A stretch of DNA of 60,243 bases, counting the filler, from Sphacelaria rigidula (lineage: Eukaryota): the NCBI GenBank assembly GCA_964200075.2. It is 7 parts of 7 records of this genome, joined end to end, with 100 filler letters (N's around TTAATTAATTAA, not from the genome) between each part and the next. Parts side by side here need not be neighbours in the genome. Positions count along the whole stretch, not along the records: positions 25,866 to 34,385 come from CAXNAA020010899.1; positions 34,486 to 43,005 come from CAXNAA020010900.1; 5 more parts are not named here. The stretch is one strand, 5' to 3'. A model generated the notes under the pieces. The model did not search any database. It was not told the origin of the DNA and was given only the letters and a program-made list of their open reading frames with translations. This document shows, one piece after another, positions 26,698 to 39,600 of the stretch. Each line of letters begins with the position of its first letter. The first letter of the stretch is position 1. The translations under genes and the position numbers were made by a program.

Positions 26698-27909
26698 TAT
26701 GCTCGAGCTAACTCTTTGTCTACCTTCCTGGTTTGTCCGGATTGTGTATCGTCTCGAGAAGCACCACTCTACCTGGGCATTGAGCAGCCTGCAGAGCGTT
26801 GCACGCTTGAGAGTTGTAACAAACCTCGAAACGGAGCCGGCGCGCAGGCCGCGCAGCCAAGTCTGCTGCCAGCACAAAATGCTGGTGAGGGTCGGACTAT
26901 GGCCTGATAGAACCGTCACACGGTGCTTTTCAGCCGAAGAAGCGTACACTTTACAGGGTGTAGCCTACACTGTAGGTAGTACCCTCACAATTTTCGTCAG
27001 TTTTTGAGATGAGAGACGAGGGGGTTTTAACATTTCTATCCTCAGGTCTTCCACACAAGACAAGTCATGACCGGGAGAGATGAGCCATGAAGGTTCCCAT
27101 GTTCAGCTATTTCACTCGGATACGCGAGAAGGTGCATCATGGTAGAGGAATGTTGAACAGAAATTCCGTAATCAATGAACGATATAGGCTATCCCATTGC
27201 ACCGCATTTCCTCCCAAGACTTCAGCAAAGTTCCGGGTGCGCAAGCTCCTGCAGTTTAAGCCATGTCAGAGAGCCCCGAATCGTTCCCTCTTCTGACCTC
27301 GTCTTTACCTTATCTTATCGTTTTATCTTCAGTGCAAAAGGATTCGTCCGCCATACCTGGGCGTTTTGCTTTTATCACTTTCAGTCAAAGAGGGTTTCGT
27401 CGCCAATTCTGTAAGACTCATCTGTCAGGTTCTTGTGTTTTTCCGAGATATGTTCACGGAGCATGCACGGACGGCTGGCTCAGTAGAGGTTATTTTGATG
27501 GATTGGCCAACGAAATATACAGCATATTTCCGATGCTACCGTGAGAATATGCTGGCCAATATCAACACATACTCAATAGTGGGCGAAAAGACGGTGCCGT
27601 GAGAAGACGCCTACGCGAGTTTATTTTTTATTTTTTACAAAACCCCAAGTACATGTGTATGGTCTTCACCGCCGCATTGTGCCCAGAAGAGACGACTGAG
27701 CCCCGATCGGAACTTCATACCGAGGAGTGAAGGAAAGCTGCGACAGACAAGAGCGGCCGGTTAATATCAAAATCAAGCAGCGACAAGGTGTACCGGAAGC
27801 AAACGATTCACCAACGCGTATGCGAAGCGCAACTGCTTCGTCTCCTGCAGCTCCTGCTGCCGACATTTTCGCGCCAAATATTAGACACGTACGGCTAACC
27901 AAGCGTGGA

Positions 27910-28046
27910 AGTATAGAGTCATAGTGGAAGGGAAAAAAACGGGGCTGTGGAGTGCTTGTTTTGGCACTGCGCAGTCGCAAAACAAACAGGGGCAAAACAA
28001 GCAGTGCACAGCCCCATTTTTTCCCCTCCCACTATGACTCTATACT
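27910..28046. mobile_element. 137-bp hairpin / miniature inverted-repeat element
   Basis: Perfect 18-bp IR AGTATAGAGTCATAGTGG / CCACTATGACTCTATACT; imperfect pairing extends to ~55 bp per arm. Confidence 0.75.
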
Positions 28047-28070
28047 GACAATTTTGGGTTTCCGAACCTC

Positions 28071-29600
28071 TCAACTGTCAAACTGTACTTCAAGTGCTGC
28101 ATTGGGATCTTCTTCCCCACACCTGGTGCAGTACACGTGGCCAACACACTTCCTACGCGTGAAAAATCGACAACACATCATACACCGTAACGCACTGGGT
28201 ACTTGGTCGCCGGAAATCGCTCCCTCCCGTAATACTTTTACCAACAAACATAGTTGCAGGTCGGCTCCAGACAATACCAGTAGCATGGGCAGGACGTCGG
28301 GTGAACCGTACAACCGTTACCCCCACTCTTAACCTCGCCACATGCACCGTGATACACCGTCTACGGGTCCTACCAGTACTGACTTACAAAGCAGGACACC
28401 GACAGCAAACATCAATTTTCAATAAGAAGCTCGGAGAGAACATCGGCAACCCAGGGCGCGCGGTCGATCATGCCACAACTGTTCCAGGGTGCACTTTCGC
28501 CGTCAACGATCATGGGACGGAGGTCTTCGAGCGCTTGCTGGACCGGAATCCTAGTGTCTCCATCGAGTCTCTACGGCGTTTGGTGCGCTTGGAATTGCCC
28601 CCCCGCTGCTGAGGATTGGACGCTCTCTCCTCCTTGACATTGACGCTGCCCTTCACCTTACCCCTGCCCACCTCACGTGTACTAAATTTTGGGTTGTTGT
28701 CCGATCCCTTCGGGCGACCTTTTTGTGGGGACTTTGCCGGGTTGCCTGGCCCGGGTGCGCCCTTCGCCATATGGATCAGAGTAGACCCGTATGCCGTCAT
28801 TTGCGTTTGGATCGACAACGCCTCTGCCGGCGATGATACGGAACTAATGATGGTGTTTGCTTCCTCCTTGAAGCGCGCCATCATTGTGGCGAAGATGCGC
28901 CGTTGATCGGCTTCCACTCTGGCGTTTCCTTTCGACTCGGCTGGCTCTGGGCACACCGTCGGCACTGTTGTCAAGGGTAGGTCCCCAACCACCGCCGCTG
29001 CCACCGTCGCGAACTCCGTCCCAGCCTCCACCATGCCCCGACGATCGGAGCACCTGCTTCACGCTCCACGGAGCGTCCTGGCCATCGGTTCGCTCCCGCC
29101 AACGGTTGTGCACACACGCACTGTCGAACGGGTGTTGGACCTCGCCACCCGCGTCCACCATTTTTCCAACATTTGCGGCAAGACGGTGAAGTAGTGCCTG
29201 CATGGCAGTCCACGGCGCAGGAGCTGCAGGCAAGAAGAGAGGTGAAAATTGCCGGGGCCCAAAACGACGAGATGGCTCGGGCGCGACGCCCGAGTTGTGA
29301 GCTTGTACAGTACTATCGCGACGGCCTCAGCGGGGACGTCAGCAATCACGTTCAAAAATGCCTCCAGAGAAGTGCGCGCCCACATGCCGGCGTCCGACGC
29401 GCCGTGAAAGTCATTTTCCAGGTCCGTTAAATCTGGCGTCTCTTGCAAGATCTTCGCTCGGGGGTTCACCGACGACAAGCGGCGAACATAGGCAGCACTG
29501 ACGGGGATCGGTCTGCCGTCGGCATCCCTTGGCCCTCGTGCGATGCTGACATCGTAAGCCTGACATCCGTTGAGACCTCCACTCGGAGCTCCTGCATGGG
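28071..29600 (-). pseudogene. MULE/MuDR-type transposase C-terminal remnant (SWIM finger plus Cys-rich, PHD-like tail)
   Basis: 'HLVVLGPGNFHLSSCLQLLRRGLPCRHYF' is a damaged SWIM CxC...CxH motif. The frameshifted continuation contains 'VHNRW', then a basic 'KGRPKG' linker (28510-29034) and Cys-rich pieces (28071-28400). The DDE core is not seen. Confidence 0.7.
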
Positions 29601-29664
29601 CGAGAACAGAGCATAAGCCGGTCATTTCAATCGCACAACCCGACTTTATATTCTGAGCGTTGTT

Positions 29665-30125
29665 AGACCGACGTTTATGCACCGGAATCTAGATTTGTAC
29701 GAATTCGCGATTTGAGCAACAAAATCAGGCGATTTCCTCACGTGGACTGATTTTTCGGACCCCAGTCCGTTGTCCAATGTTTTTCGGCTAGCTGTGAGCA
29801 AGCCAAATCAATTATCCGATTCCCTCGACGTTGACTTCGATATATCACGTTCCTGAAACCAACCGGGCAACTCTAGGATCTCGACGGCATCTCCGTCGTT
29901 CTCGCGGCGGTGAGATCGTAGAGGGCCTGGATTTTTTCGGAAAGGTCATACATCAAAGTCGACGTGTAGGGAATCGGAGAATTGATCATGCTTGCTCACA
30001 GTTGGCCGAAAAACATTGCCCAACGGACTGGGGTCCGAAAATTCAATCCGCGAGAGGAAATCACCTGATGTTGCTGAAATCGTCAACTCGTACAAGTCCA
30101 CATTCCAGTGCATTAAAGTCGGTCT
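29665..30125. mobile_element. Foldback MITE with ~180-bp imperfect TIRs
   Basis: AGACCGACGTTTATGCACCGG...CCCAGTCCGTTGTCCAATGTTTTTCGG on the left is the reverse complement of CCGAAAAACATTGCCCAACGGACTGGG...CCAGTGCATTAAAGTCGGTCT on the right. TSD not resolved. Confidence 0.75.
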
Positions 30126-33069
30126 CGGAGGCAACCGCCGACAGCATTTCTTCCTGAAAGCGGCAAGCATAGCAATTCTGACGCCAAGATCCGCGGTGTA
30201 CGCAGCCTCATCATGGTGTGCTACGTACGGGACACTCCGAGTCGATACCACGCAAGTCAGTACTGACCTTTTCGCAGTAATTACTCGATACCCGCACACT
30301 GTCCCGAATGGGTCGGAACATCTTCTCCAGGTCCTTCACAGCGAATGTTCTCCCGGTATCGATGCGGCGGGACGATAGTCTGTCGGACATTCGAAAGACC
30401 AAGTTCCGTGAGACTCAACAAACACGAATTTACCAGGATTTGTATGCCCATGGAACGAGACTACAATAACTTGCAGCAGTCAAGCTGCACAGAATCATCA
30501 ACGGATTGAGTGGCTAACCAGCCCGTTGATTCATGAAATGTCCCCAACCTCAAGCCGATTGCGAGTGGGAGTGAGTTTCTGAAATTCGCCGGCCATGAAG
30601 ACTCATCACGGTTGCTGTTCACGCACAATATTAAGGATCGAGACACGCGACCATCCAACACGACTTAGTGAAAGAGGCGGCTCCAAGGTAATCCAAGATC
30701 GGTTACTACTTCAAATAAGACCACCGCTTGCCCGAGATCCTAGGCGACCCTCATCTCGTGAATTGAGATTGTGCATGAGCGTGCAGCGCCTCACGTCCCG
30801 GTCTCCATCAACAGGCGCGTTTCCAACTGACGAAGTTTGTCTCAAAGGGCGCACAGTGACTGGCCCCTATGAATGCCAGTTTGTTTTGCTACCCCGAACA
30901 GACCCTCCGTTCACTGCGTCGCAACCATACCCAGGGTAAGATGTGTCGGCCGGCAGGAAAAAGCCCATTTTTCTTTCTTCCTGAACGGATGGAGAGGGCG
31001 GTCAGTGGATGCAACACACGGCGCCGGATGGAGGGTCGGGTTAAGTTGTATTCCAAGTTGTACCCACGAACGACCATCGATAGACACGGATGTATGCACT
31101 TTGCGGCGTGGAGGCCATGGTCGTGGAAATGAGACCCACTTTGGGGGTTTCTGCCACTTGTGCTGTGTACTCACGCAAACATGTCGGCGATGTAACCCTC
31201 GCACTTGGTCCCCTTGGCCATTCTCTTCACCTCATGCTGGAAGCGACCGGATACCTGACGCAATACAGGGGCAGAGGGAATTTTTCACGAGTGAGATCGC
31301 TCAGCTCTTGCCCGTTACCGTTTTCCTGATGAGATTCGCGTACAACCAAGGTGATACTCCGCCAGCACGTGCGCCCATCGACGTACACTTTGAGGGACAC
31401 GCCGACGGTGTTTGGGACGAATACCACATACCATCCCTCACCTTGGGAGTGGCTGCGTAGGCTGCGCACGAGAATTTGTGCATGAATACGCACGAGATAT
31501 CGATGACCCTGTTCCCCATCCGTATGAAACAAATACAGTTCCAACACTATGCCATAGTCAATTTGATGTCCCAGTAGATATCAACGTCTTTTGCCAGTTT
31601 CACATGCGGCCAGTTGACTATCCCCCAAATCCCTCGATACGAAATTCACCGTTCCAAAGGGGATAGAAGCTCGGTGCAAACGTTTCATCCCTGTGGAGGG
31701 TGGGTAGTATCCTCCTGCTCAGGGGTTGGACACCGGTAGGGGAACAGCCCACAGGTAGTCGCTCTAGAGGGAGGGAGATGGGCCCAGCACAACATGAAAT
31801 CCCCCCAGAGGTCACTCCTCCTCTTGTAGCGGTGTTTTATTCCTCTCAAGAGGTGTGAAATTTCGTGCGGAGGGGTTTTCGGGGGCAGTCAAATGGCCTC
31901 GTGCATTTACCGAGGAAGCCGCTTACGTGGGGGCCTGGTTGAATCACTGTGGTTGTGGAGGCGATATCTTGTTATTCTGAGGTGCAGTGCATTCTTGGAG
32001 GTTCCCAACTGCCAATAGGCCGGCGCTCCCTCTGCGATCGCAGAACAAGCAGAAAAAGCAGAATACCGTTTCTTTGGACAGAAAAACGGCCGTGAAAAAG
32101 AGGAGCAGGAGGACAACAATAAGTCACAGATTTTTAGAACATAGAGCAGATGCGATCGCAGAAAAAGGGCAATACCGTTTTCTTTTGCGCAGAAAAACGG
32201 CCGTGAGAAAAAATAGCATGAAAACCAGATTATATCGCTGATTTGTGTAAATACAGCAGACGTTTCACGTCGACAGTCAAGCCAGGCTGGTACCTTGGGG
32301 AGCCCCGATCAAAAGTCAAGTCAAAACAGGGCTCCCCACGTGGTCCCCCACCGTTTTACTAGCCTAGCTTAACTTTTCCTCCTTTTCGGTATTGTCTCAA
32401 CCGCTGGGGGGTCATTTTTTGTGCACAAGCAGGGGCGGAAAAAGGGGGAGGGGGGCGCAGAATACATGGAATAGCGCAGAAAAAGCGCAGAAGAGCGAAA
32501 AAAAACACAGGGAAAAAATTGATAAAGAATGCAGAAAACACCAAAAAAAAAGAAACACGAGTCATGGCCAAAGTGCCGACTCCCTTGCCCTTTCTGAATT
32601 GTGAATGTCACGTTCTCGTCGGGGTCAGCATAACTGTTCACCTGTGGTTCCTTCACTTTTTTCAACAAAACGAGGCTGGTATTATTATCTCCCAGATTCT
32701 TGACATCTTTCGCGCTCTATTGTGACGGTGGGGTCTATGTCGTCGGTGTTCTCCTGTCAAGTGGTGTTACACCCCATACGTGTTACACCCTTTACTCGTT
32801 ATGCCCCGTGCGTGATTACTCCATCTTGGGAACGATCGCCGCGTGCTTCTCATCCCACCTACTCTCTGTTGATGCGGTACTGTGTAGCATACAGGCGTAT
32901 GGACTCGCCTGCACCTGGTAGTACCGAGTGATGCCCCTAACGAAACATACATAATTCGGTGACGGTTGTGATTTCGTCTCGTGATGTCAAGTTTATGTGC
33001 ATCCCACGACCATGACGGAGATACGGAGATACATTATCTTGGGTGGTACGTATCCATACGATGTATACC

Positions 33070-33300
33070 TGGTATGAGTCTGCGAGGACTTCGCCGCTGA
33101 TGGGGTTTTCCTGCTTCCAGGCCCACCTCTTCGCCTCCACCAGCTTGGCGCAATCCACGCGTAGACCATGCCGTGATCCCAACTCTGGGGGACGGGCGAC
33201 AAAAGACAGCACATCCTGGCACTTCGCCAGTGACTTTACAGCGGGATCTACGGTGAAGCGTTCCATCTTGTCCACAGCTTCGCCGCCAGGGATGTTTTTG
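33070..33300 (-). CDS. Possible isolated exon of an unknown gene or TE
   Basis: Protein-like frame 'DKMERFTVDPAVKSLAKCQDV...VLADSYQ' ending at a CAG|GTATAC donor. Upstream boundary uncertain. Confidence 0.3.
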
Positions 33301-33401
33301 GTGCCCCGATACGTTCCGTGTCAACTTGCGTCGTAGGCAACGAGTGTCCCGGCGTTCACACGGTCTGATGGTGGTTAAAAACCATGCAGATGTCTGCCAT
33401 A

Positions 33402-33846
33402 AACACGCGATCTTACAAATTAGGGATGGATTTTTTATTGGAGATGAGAAACCCGGCGGAATAAAATCTTCCTATCCATACCGAATCTTTGAAATACTGT
33501 TCCATTCCTTCACCTACTGATAGCTATTGATAACTGCTACACGCCACAGAAGTTTTGATTTTGATCACCGAAGTGTCGGGGTCCTAGGTGAAAAACCGAT
33601 TTCGGAACCATTTTGGCGTCCGTTCGGACACCCGGAATTCCCCAAAATTGGTTCTTCACCTAGGACCCCAACGTCTCGGTGATCGAAATCAAAATTTCTA
33701 TGGCGGGTACTAGTTGTCAATAGCTATCAGTAGGTGAAGAAATGGAACCGTATTTCGAAGATTTGGTGTGGATAGGAAGATTTTAATCCGCCGGGTTTCT
33801 CATCCCCCAGTAAAAGATCCATCCCCAATTTGTAAGATCCCGTGTT
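33402..33846. mobile_element. Complete 445-bp foldback MITE, near-palindromic, candidate 4-bp TSD CATA
   Basis: AACACGCGATCTTACAAATT...AATTTGTAAGATCCCGTGTT with ~195-bp arms. CATA at 33398-33401 and 33847-33850. Partial copies in contigs 3 and 5. Confidence 0.88.
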
Positions 33847-34228
33847 CATATCAGAATAGAATCTCGTCAGCACCCGCGGTCTGGGAAATGGAGACTCGAT
33901 GACCTTGTGACCAGCTGCACCGTGCAGCTAGGGCTCTGTTGACACAGCTACGCAGCTGTTCGCTGCGTGTAATGGGTCGAGCGACAGGGAAGGACTTCCC
34001 AAGTGTACACAGTGGGACTTCAATTCCTTGAAATCCTACACAGCTTGGGGTGCGGTGCTGTGACATCTACACTAGATGGGGTGCGGTGCTCACTCTGCCA
34101 TAAGCATGTATTTCATCCGCTATGGGTCCGTTTGCTCCGTGCGATGGCTTGAACGATAGCTAGAGACTGTGTGAGAGGTTTCCATGTGTTGCTGTGTCCA
34201 TGCGGGGCTTGTGGGACGGATGCTGAAT

Positions 34229-34311
34229 GCTGACGGATGTAACAGATTACGTCAGGACTGGCGGATGTAACAGAGTACGTCAAAGCTGGCGGATGTAACA
34301 GATTACGTCAA
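34229..34311. repeat. Three-copy ~28-bp minisatellite
   Basis: CGGATGTAACAGA(T/G)TACGTCA x3. Confidence 0.85.
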
Positions 34312-36106
34312 AAACAAATTGTGCGAATTGAGGTTTAACTCCGAGATGAGGTTCAAGCCTACAACAGTGCTTTCCCCACACTTTCNNNNNNNNNNNNNNN
34401 NNNNNNNNNNNNNNNNNNNNNNNNNNNNNTTAATTAATTAANNNNNNNNNNNNNNNNNNNNNNNNNNNNNNNNNNNNNNNNNNNNTACCTCCATCACTTG
34501 CGTATGCTTACAGCTACATGTCGATATCCTACCCAGGGAAAGCAAGGGCCTCAGTGGCCAGCTATTGCAGAAATCATGTTGTGCCTCGTGGAAGTGCATT
34601 TGGGAACTGAAACGAGTCATTCACTGATTGACCGCTTTTCACTCTCAATCGTATCATCTACTCTCAATCTCACGAAAACACTGTTAGGTTTCGTTTCCCG
34701 GCCCTTCCAGCCCCCAACATATTTCTTCCCCTTAGCCTTGTTAAAAGGCTGGGGGGATGTTCCAGATTTATCGGTTTTTGTCCAGTCGAGTAGACTTCAT
34801 GTGTCATACTCTTCCTTTGTTTAGCCCACAGGTCATGGACCATTCTCTGAGTCTGATTGGTTTTCCGGGATTGCCCCCAACTAGGCTGACAGTCTTTTGA
34901 GAACTCATCTCAACACGCGATTTGCAGCTACCAGCCTGTTGCCAATAATACAAGAAGCATCAACACTATCACGGACTGCGATCTCAGAGAATTTTCTGGT
35001 CTTCACATAATGTAAGCAAGACAACTGTCATGATTTGTTGTTATGGCGTCCGAGCGGCTCATCGGGTATGCAGCCCGACGCTGCGAACATGGCTGACTCT
35101 GCACTCGGTAAAGTCGAGCTCAATGGATTCGATATCCATGATTGTGTTTGAGCCCGCTAGCCCAGGTGCCCACTGAACTGGCACCATTCCCAGCTAGGCG
35201 GTGAGTATCGAACCATGACAGGAGTGATCAATACGTCACGGATGACAACAGTCGACACAATAGTCGCGGTTGGAAGCACCATGATACAAACAGAAATATG
35301 TGTTGCCCATGGTTGTTGTCAACATTGCGTATCTCTACTATGCAAGCCAAGTACTTGAGCGAAGCAACAACATAGTTTCGGTCATGTAAGTTACGAAGTT
35401 TCGCTAGCTCATGCGTATACGACTTATCCTTATTATATGACTACACATTCCAACCATCCGTTTGGCACAAAGTTCATATTTTTACTATTATGTCTACCTC
35501 CCGCCATCTGCTCATTGCTTGAATCGAACATCGTTCCTGTCTCACCGTTATTTCTGAAATAATCGTAAGCTCACAGCACGTGGGGAAAGTCCAACGCAGA
35601 ACGATACACGCCGAGCGTCAGGACATTCTCGATCACAGCTTCAGGCCGATTCGTTTTCCCTTTTTTTGGTGGCGTCAACTTGCAATTCGAAAGAAGTGAA
35701 CACCAGGGTGATAACACCCGGTTGGGCCGGTCCTGGGAAAGAACCGGATTCACCCAGATTAAAGAGGCATGTTTATGTATTCCGTCTCTTGACGGATTAC
35801 ATCACATCCTCACCCCTGACTGCGATACTAGCCAGTTCCCGCAATCAGCCCTCCGGGCGCGTAGGGTCTTTTTGAATCGACGGCCCATCACCGTACTACC
35901 CTCATCCACCACGCCACGCCGCGATCCGTAACAAGAACCCCGCATGTTGCGTGTTGTACCAAATAGTATATACCGTACCAGTTCAAAAACGGATACGCAT
36001 TACATGTACGCCACCGACATGCTCTGGTTATCATGAACTGTGTACGAGGCGCGGGAAGCGTAGTTCTTGTCAGGGAATGCTAGGATGCAACCATACTGGA
36101 GTACAG

Positions 36107-36452
36107 AACACTGGATCTTACAAATTGGGGATGGCTCTTTTATTGAGGATGAGAAACCCGGATAATTCAAATCTTCGTATCCACACCAAATCTTCGAAAT
36201 ATGCTTCCATTTCTTCACCTACTGATAGCTATTGACAACTGCTACACGCCATAGAAATTTTGATTTCGATCACCGAAATCTTGGGATCCCAGGTGAAAAA
36301 AACAGTTTTGGTGAATTTCGGGTGTCCGAACGGACGCCAAAATGGTTCCGAAATTAGTTTTTCACATAGGACCCCAACATTTTAGTGGTCGAGATACAAA
36401 TTCCTATGGCGTGCAGCAGTTGTCATCAGTAGGTGAAGAAATGGAACCATTT
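36107..36452. mobile_element. Truncated copy of the 445-bp foldback MITE
   Basis: Starts AACACTGGATCTTACAAATTGGGGATGG and matches 33402-33846. Confidence 0.8.
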
Positions 36453-36639
36453 TTCGACGACAAAACTAGATGCGCACCCGGGTGCACCATCTGCACCCTC
36501 GGATAATGGCAAAACACGTGCGGCTGGCCTGTGCTGCATGACCACCCCGACCGTGATGACTTGGATCACATTTTCAATCGGAGCCAGCACAACCAACGCA
36601 GAACATAGTCAGCAGTAGAACAGTAATATGATATAGCAC

Positions 36640-39600
36640 TCTCTCTCATATATCACTGCCCGTTGCGTGGTCGCGTCTGCGTGGCTTCCCACTACCAGCT
36701 CGAAGATAAAACTGATCTGTGTTGTCATCGGCACTGGCGCCGCCCCGCTTGGTCGCTGGCCCGTCACCACCGCAAGATATGTGCGCGGGGCCGCCTCTGC
36801 CATACCCCCGTCGTCGACGCGTCCGCATGCCGCACTTGCTGCCGGCGGCGGCATCGCCGGTCCCCCCTCCCCCCACCTGCTTGATGCCGCCGGTGAATTC
36901 CACTGGCTGGCCGCAGCCGCGAGCCCGCCGCCGACAACACTCGCCCGTGAAGCTGCCCCTGCGGTGGTACCCCCCGCTGCCCCCCACGGTAGCTCGCCCA
37001 TCATCGCTGCCGCATTCCACTGCGGGATCGCACTTCCCAGACCGCAAGCAACAGCACCGGCGCCTACCGTCGCGTCTCCCATCACCACCGCCGCTCTGTC
37101 GCCCCTTCGCTCGCCTGATACCGCCGCCGCCGCAAACTGCTGGGCGGGTCTTCGCACACCATCACCCACCGCGCTCGCGTTGGCGGTACGTCCTACCAAC
37201 GCCCCCCCACTTCTCAGCGCTGCGGCTTCGCGTTTGTTGGCAGGCCCCTTTACCCCCGCACTGTTCGCGCCCGCTCCGGGCTGCGTGTCCCCCGCAGCCT
37301 CGCCCCTGGCGGTTGCCGTCGTCGCCACTCTACCTCCCTGCTCACGTCCCACGTGCCCCCCTGCTCCGAATCCTGCCGCAGTCGTCGACGCCAAGCCTCT
37401 GATAACAGGCGGCATGCTGGCCCCGTGAGCGACGATCAAAGGTCCTTCATAGTTGCCGAGTAGTATCCGCTTGAATACACCTGTGGCCAGGTAATTTCGG
37501 ACAACTTTGTTGTTCTCGCGAAGCATACTCTGGAAGTGTGGCCCGCGGGGTAGAGGCTTCGTGGATCTTGGGCGGAACTTCATGGCGCATCCTTCGATCT
37601 TCTCCGTTCGCCCTCGTTGCTCGGGCGCCTTGATTATTCCCACCATGTCGGGGTCGTCGTGTGCCAGCACAAGCAGCTCGGTCTTATCGTTCGTCCACTC
37701 AGCACGCACCTTCGCCGCGTGGTACGCTTCGACCGCCGGGTAGCCATCCTCTGTGACGGTTTGAGGTGGTTCCCTGTGCGCCTCCACGGCATAGTCCACG
37801 GCATGCCCGTGGGCCATGTAGTACGGTTCCGGCTGTTCTGCATCGGGGCAGACAGATCTTATCCATTGCACGGCAAGACTTTTGTTTGAGTGCCCTAAGT
37901 CTGAGCAGGCAACGCGGCGGGCAGGAATCGAGTCGGGAACGGGGTGGGATGGGCGGAACGTGAACGCGCGTCACGGTGATATGCTTCGTTTGTCTTATGT
38001 CTGTTTCGAGTACTCGCTGTGGAAATGTACTGTAAGTCGGAAAACCGGTGTTCCACAGCTGTACTTTCCTGCCCGTATAGTCGGGATTAGGAAGTGCATT
38101 GCCTTGTGCCGAGGCGGCGGCGCCATCGGTGTTCGTGTCCCCCCACCCCCCCCGTCACCGCCTCTTCATAGAGGGATGTGAATTACGGCTCTCACCTCCT
38201 TTAGAATTCAGAAGACTGAATGGTACAGACGCCCCCAGCTTCAGAAGCACCCTCTCCTTCTCCTCCTGGGAAATATTCGGCGCCCCCACGATCCCTCGCA
38301 ATGCTGTCAGCAGCTCCTGCGTGTAAATTGTATTGTTCTTCGTGTTGGACTTCAATGCCGAGCTTCTGCCCTGCGGGTTCGTGGGTTTCATCGCACCATT
38401 CCGGGACGGGATCGTATATACCTTCTGCTTTGTTGCGCCCTTTTTGGTCTTGTCGCCCAACACGTAACAGGCGATATTATCCTGGAGCTTCTTCTGAGAC
38501 ACTTCGCAGCACGACAGAACGGCCGCTGCCTGCGGACCACTGACCACTCGCCCGTCTAGCGCATGCAGGACCTCTTTGCCAGCCGGCGTGAAGGCAGGAG
38601 CTCCGTGTAGCTTGTGATACGCCTTCGTCACGTGGGGTTCACGCTTGAGGTATAGCTCTCTTGCGGGGTTCCGCCCGGCGCCCTCCCCGAAGAACAGTTG
38701 TTTCTTCACTTCCTGTTCTGCCGCGTCTCGGCATTCCGCGATAGGAGCAAGCTTCTCCACCGCCGTAGGGATCTTCTTGTTGACGAGTTTTTTGAAGAAC
38801 CTGTTCGCCATCTCCTGCCGCTCGTCGAGCCCCACTCTTGCCCAACTCCTGTTGTCACGCAACGTCACGGAAAATAACTGCTCCACGATCTTCAGGTCGG
38901 ATTCCGGCATCTGCGCCATATGCATGAGGTGAAGGACCACCAGCCACTGGTAACGGTCCTTGCCGGTCACGCAGAATATGTCTGCCATGCGGCGAAGGCC
39001 TGCCAGTCGCAGCAGGAAGTTGCCCGTGCGCAGACCAGTCCGGAATGCCATGTACGCTGGATAATAGTGGAGGACGAAGCTCTCCCACACTCGGAAGCTC
39101 TTGTGATTTTCTGCACGCGCCCGAACCCAGGCTCGAATAGCAGGGATGTCTTCCTTCCTCGCATGTATCTTCACCTTATCCGCTATATCGCAGAACTCCT
39201 GTGCCAATTGCTTGACGGTTTGATCGAGGGGATCATGATCGCTATCGTGCTCGGGACGCCGACCCTCGGCCGCCGCTGCCGCTGGCCCCGTGGTGGGGGG
39301 TGCCACTGATGCGGTGTCGGCTGTGGACTCCGTTCGGCTATCGCCCGACGCCACTGGTTCTGCGCAGCCAGTAGGGGATGATCCAATGCTGACGGCGGCC
39401 GATGCTCCAGCGGCAGGGTCGCCTGTTGCCTCGGCGTCCCCGGCGCCCCCGGCGCCCGCCGGTGTTCTTCCGCCGTCGGCGGTGGGCACGAAATGCGCTG
39501 GTCCAGTTTCTCGGAAGTCTACCAGTCCCGTGCCGGCGTGAAAGACGCAGAACATGGGTGCATCGAGGCCCGCGATGCCATGCGTCGCCTCCCACGAACA

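Noticed and set aside
30873-31666. Overlapping ORFs with protein-like composition
   Set aside because: No recognisable motif on either strand and no consistent splice model.
35680-35931. 'GLHHILTPDCDTSQF' resembling the H3TH 'GCD' motif of FEN nucleases
   Set aside because: It is on the opposite strand to the PIN-like gene and lacks the conserved Gly; probably chance.
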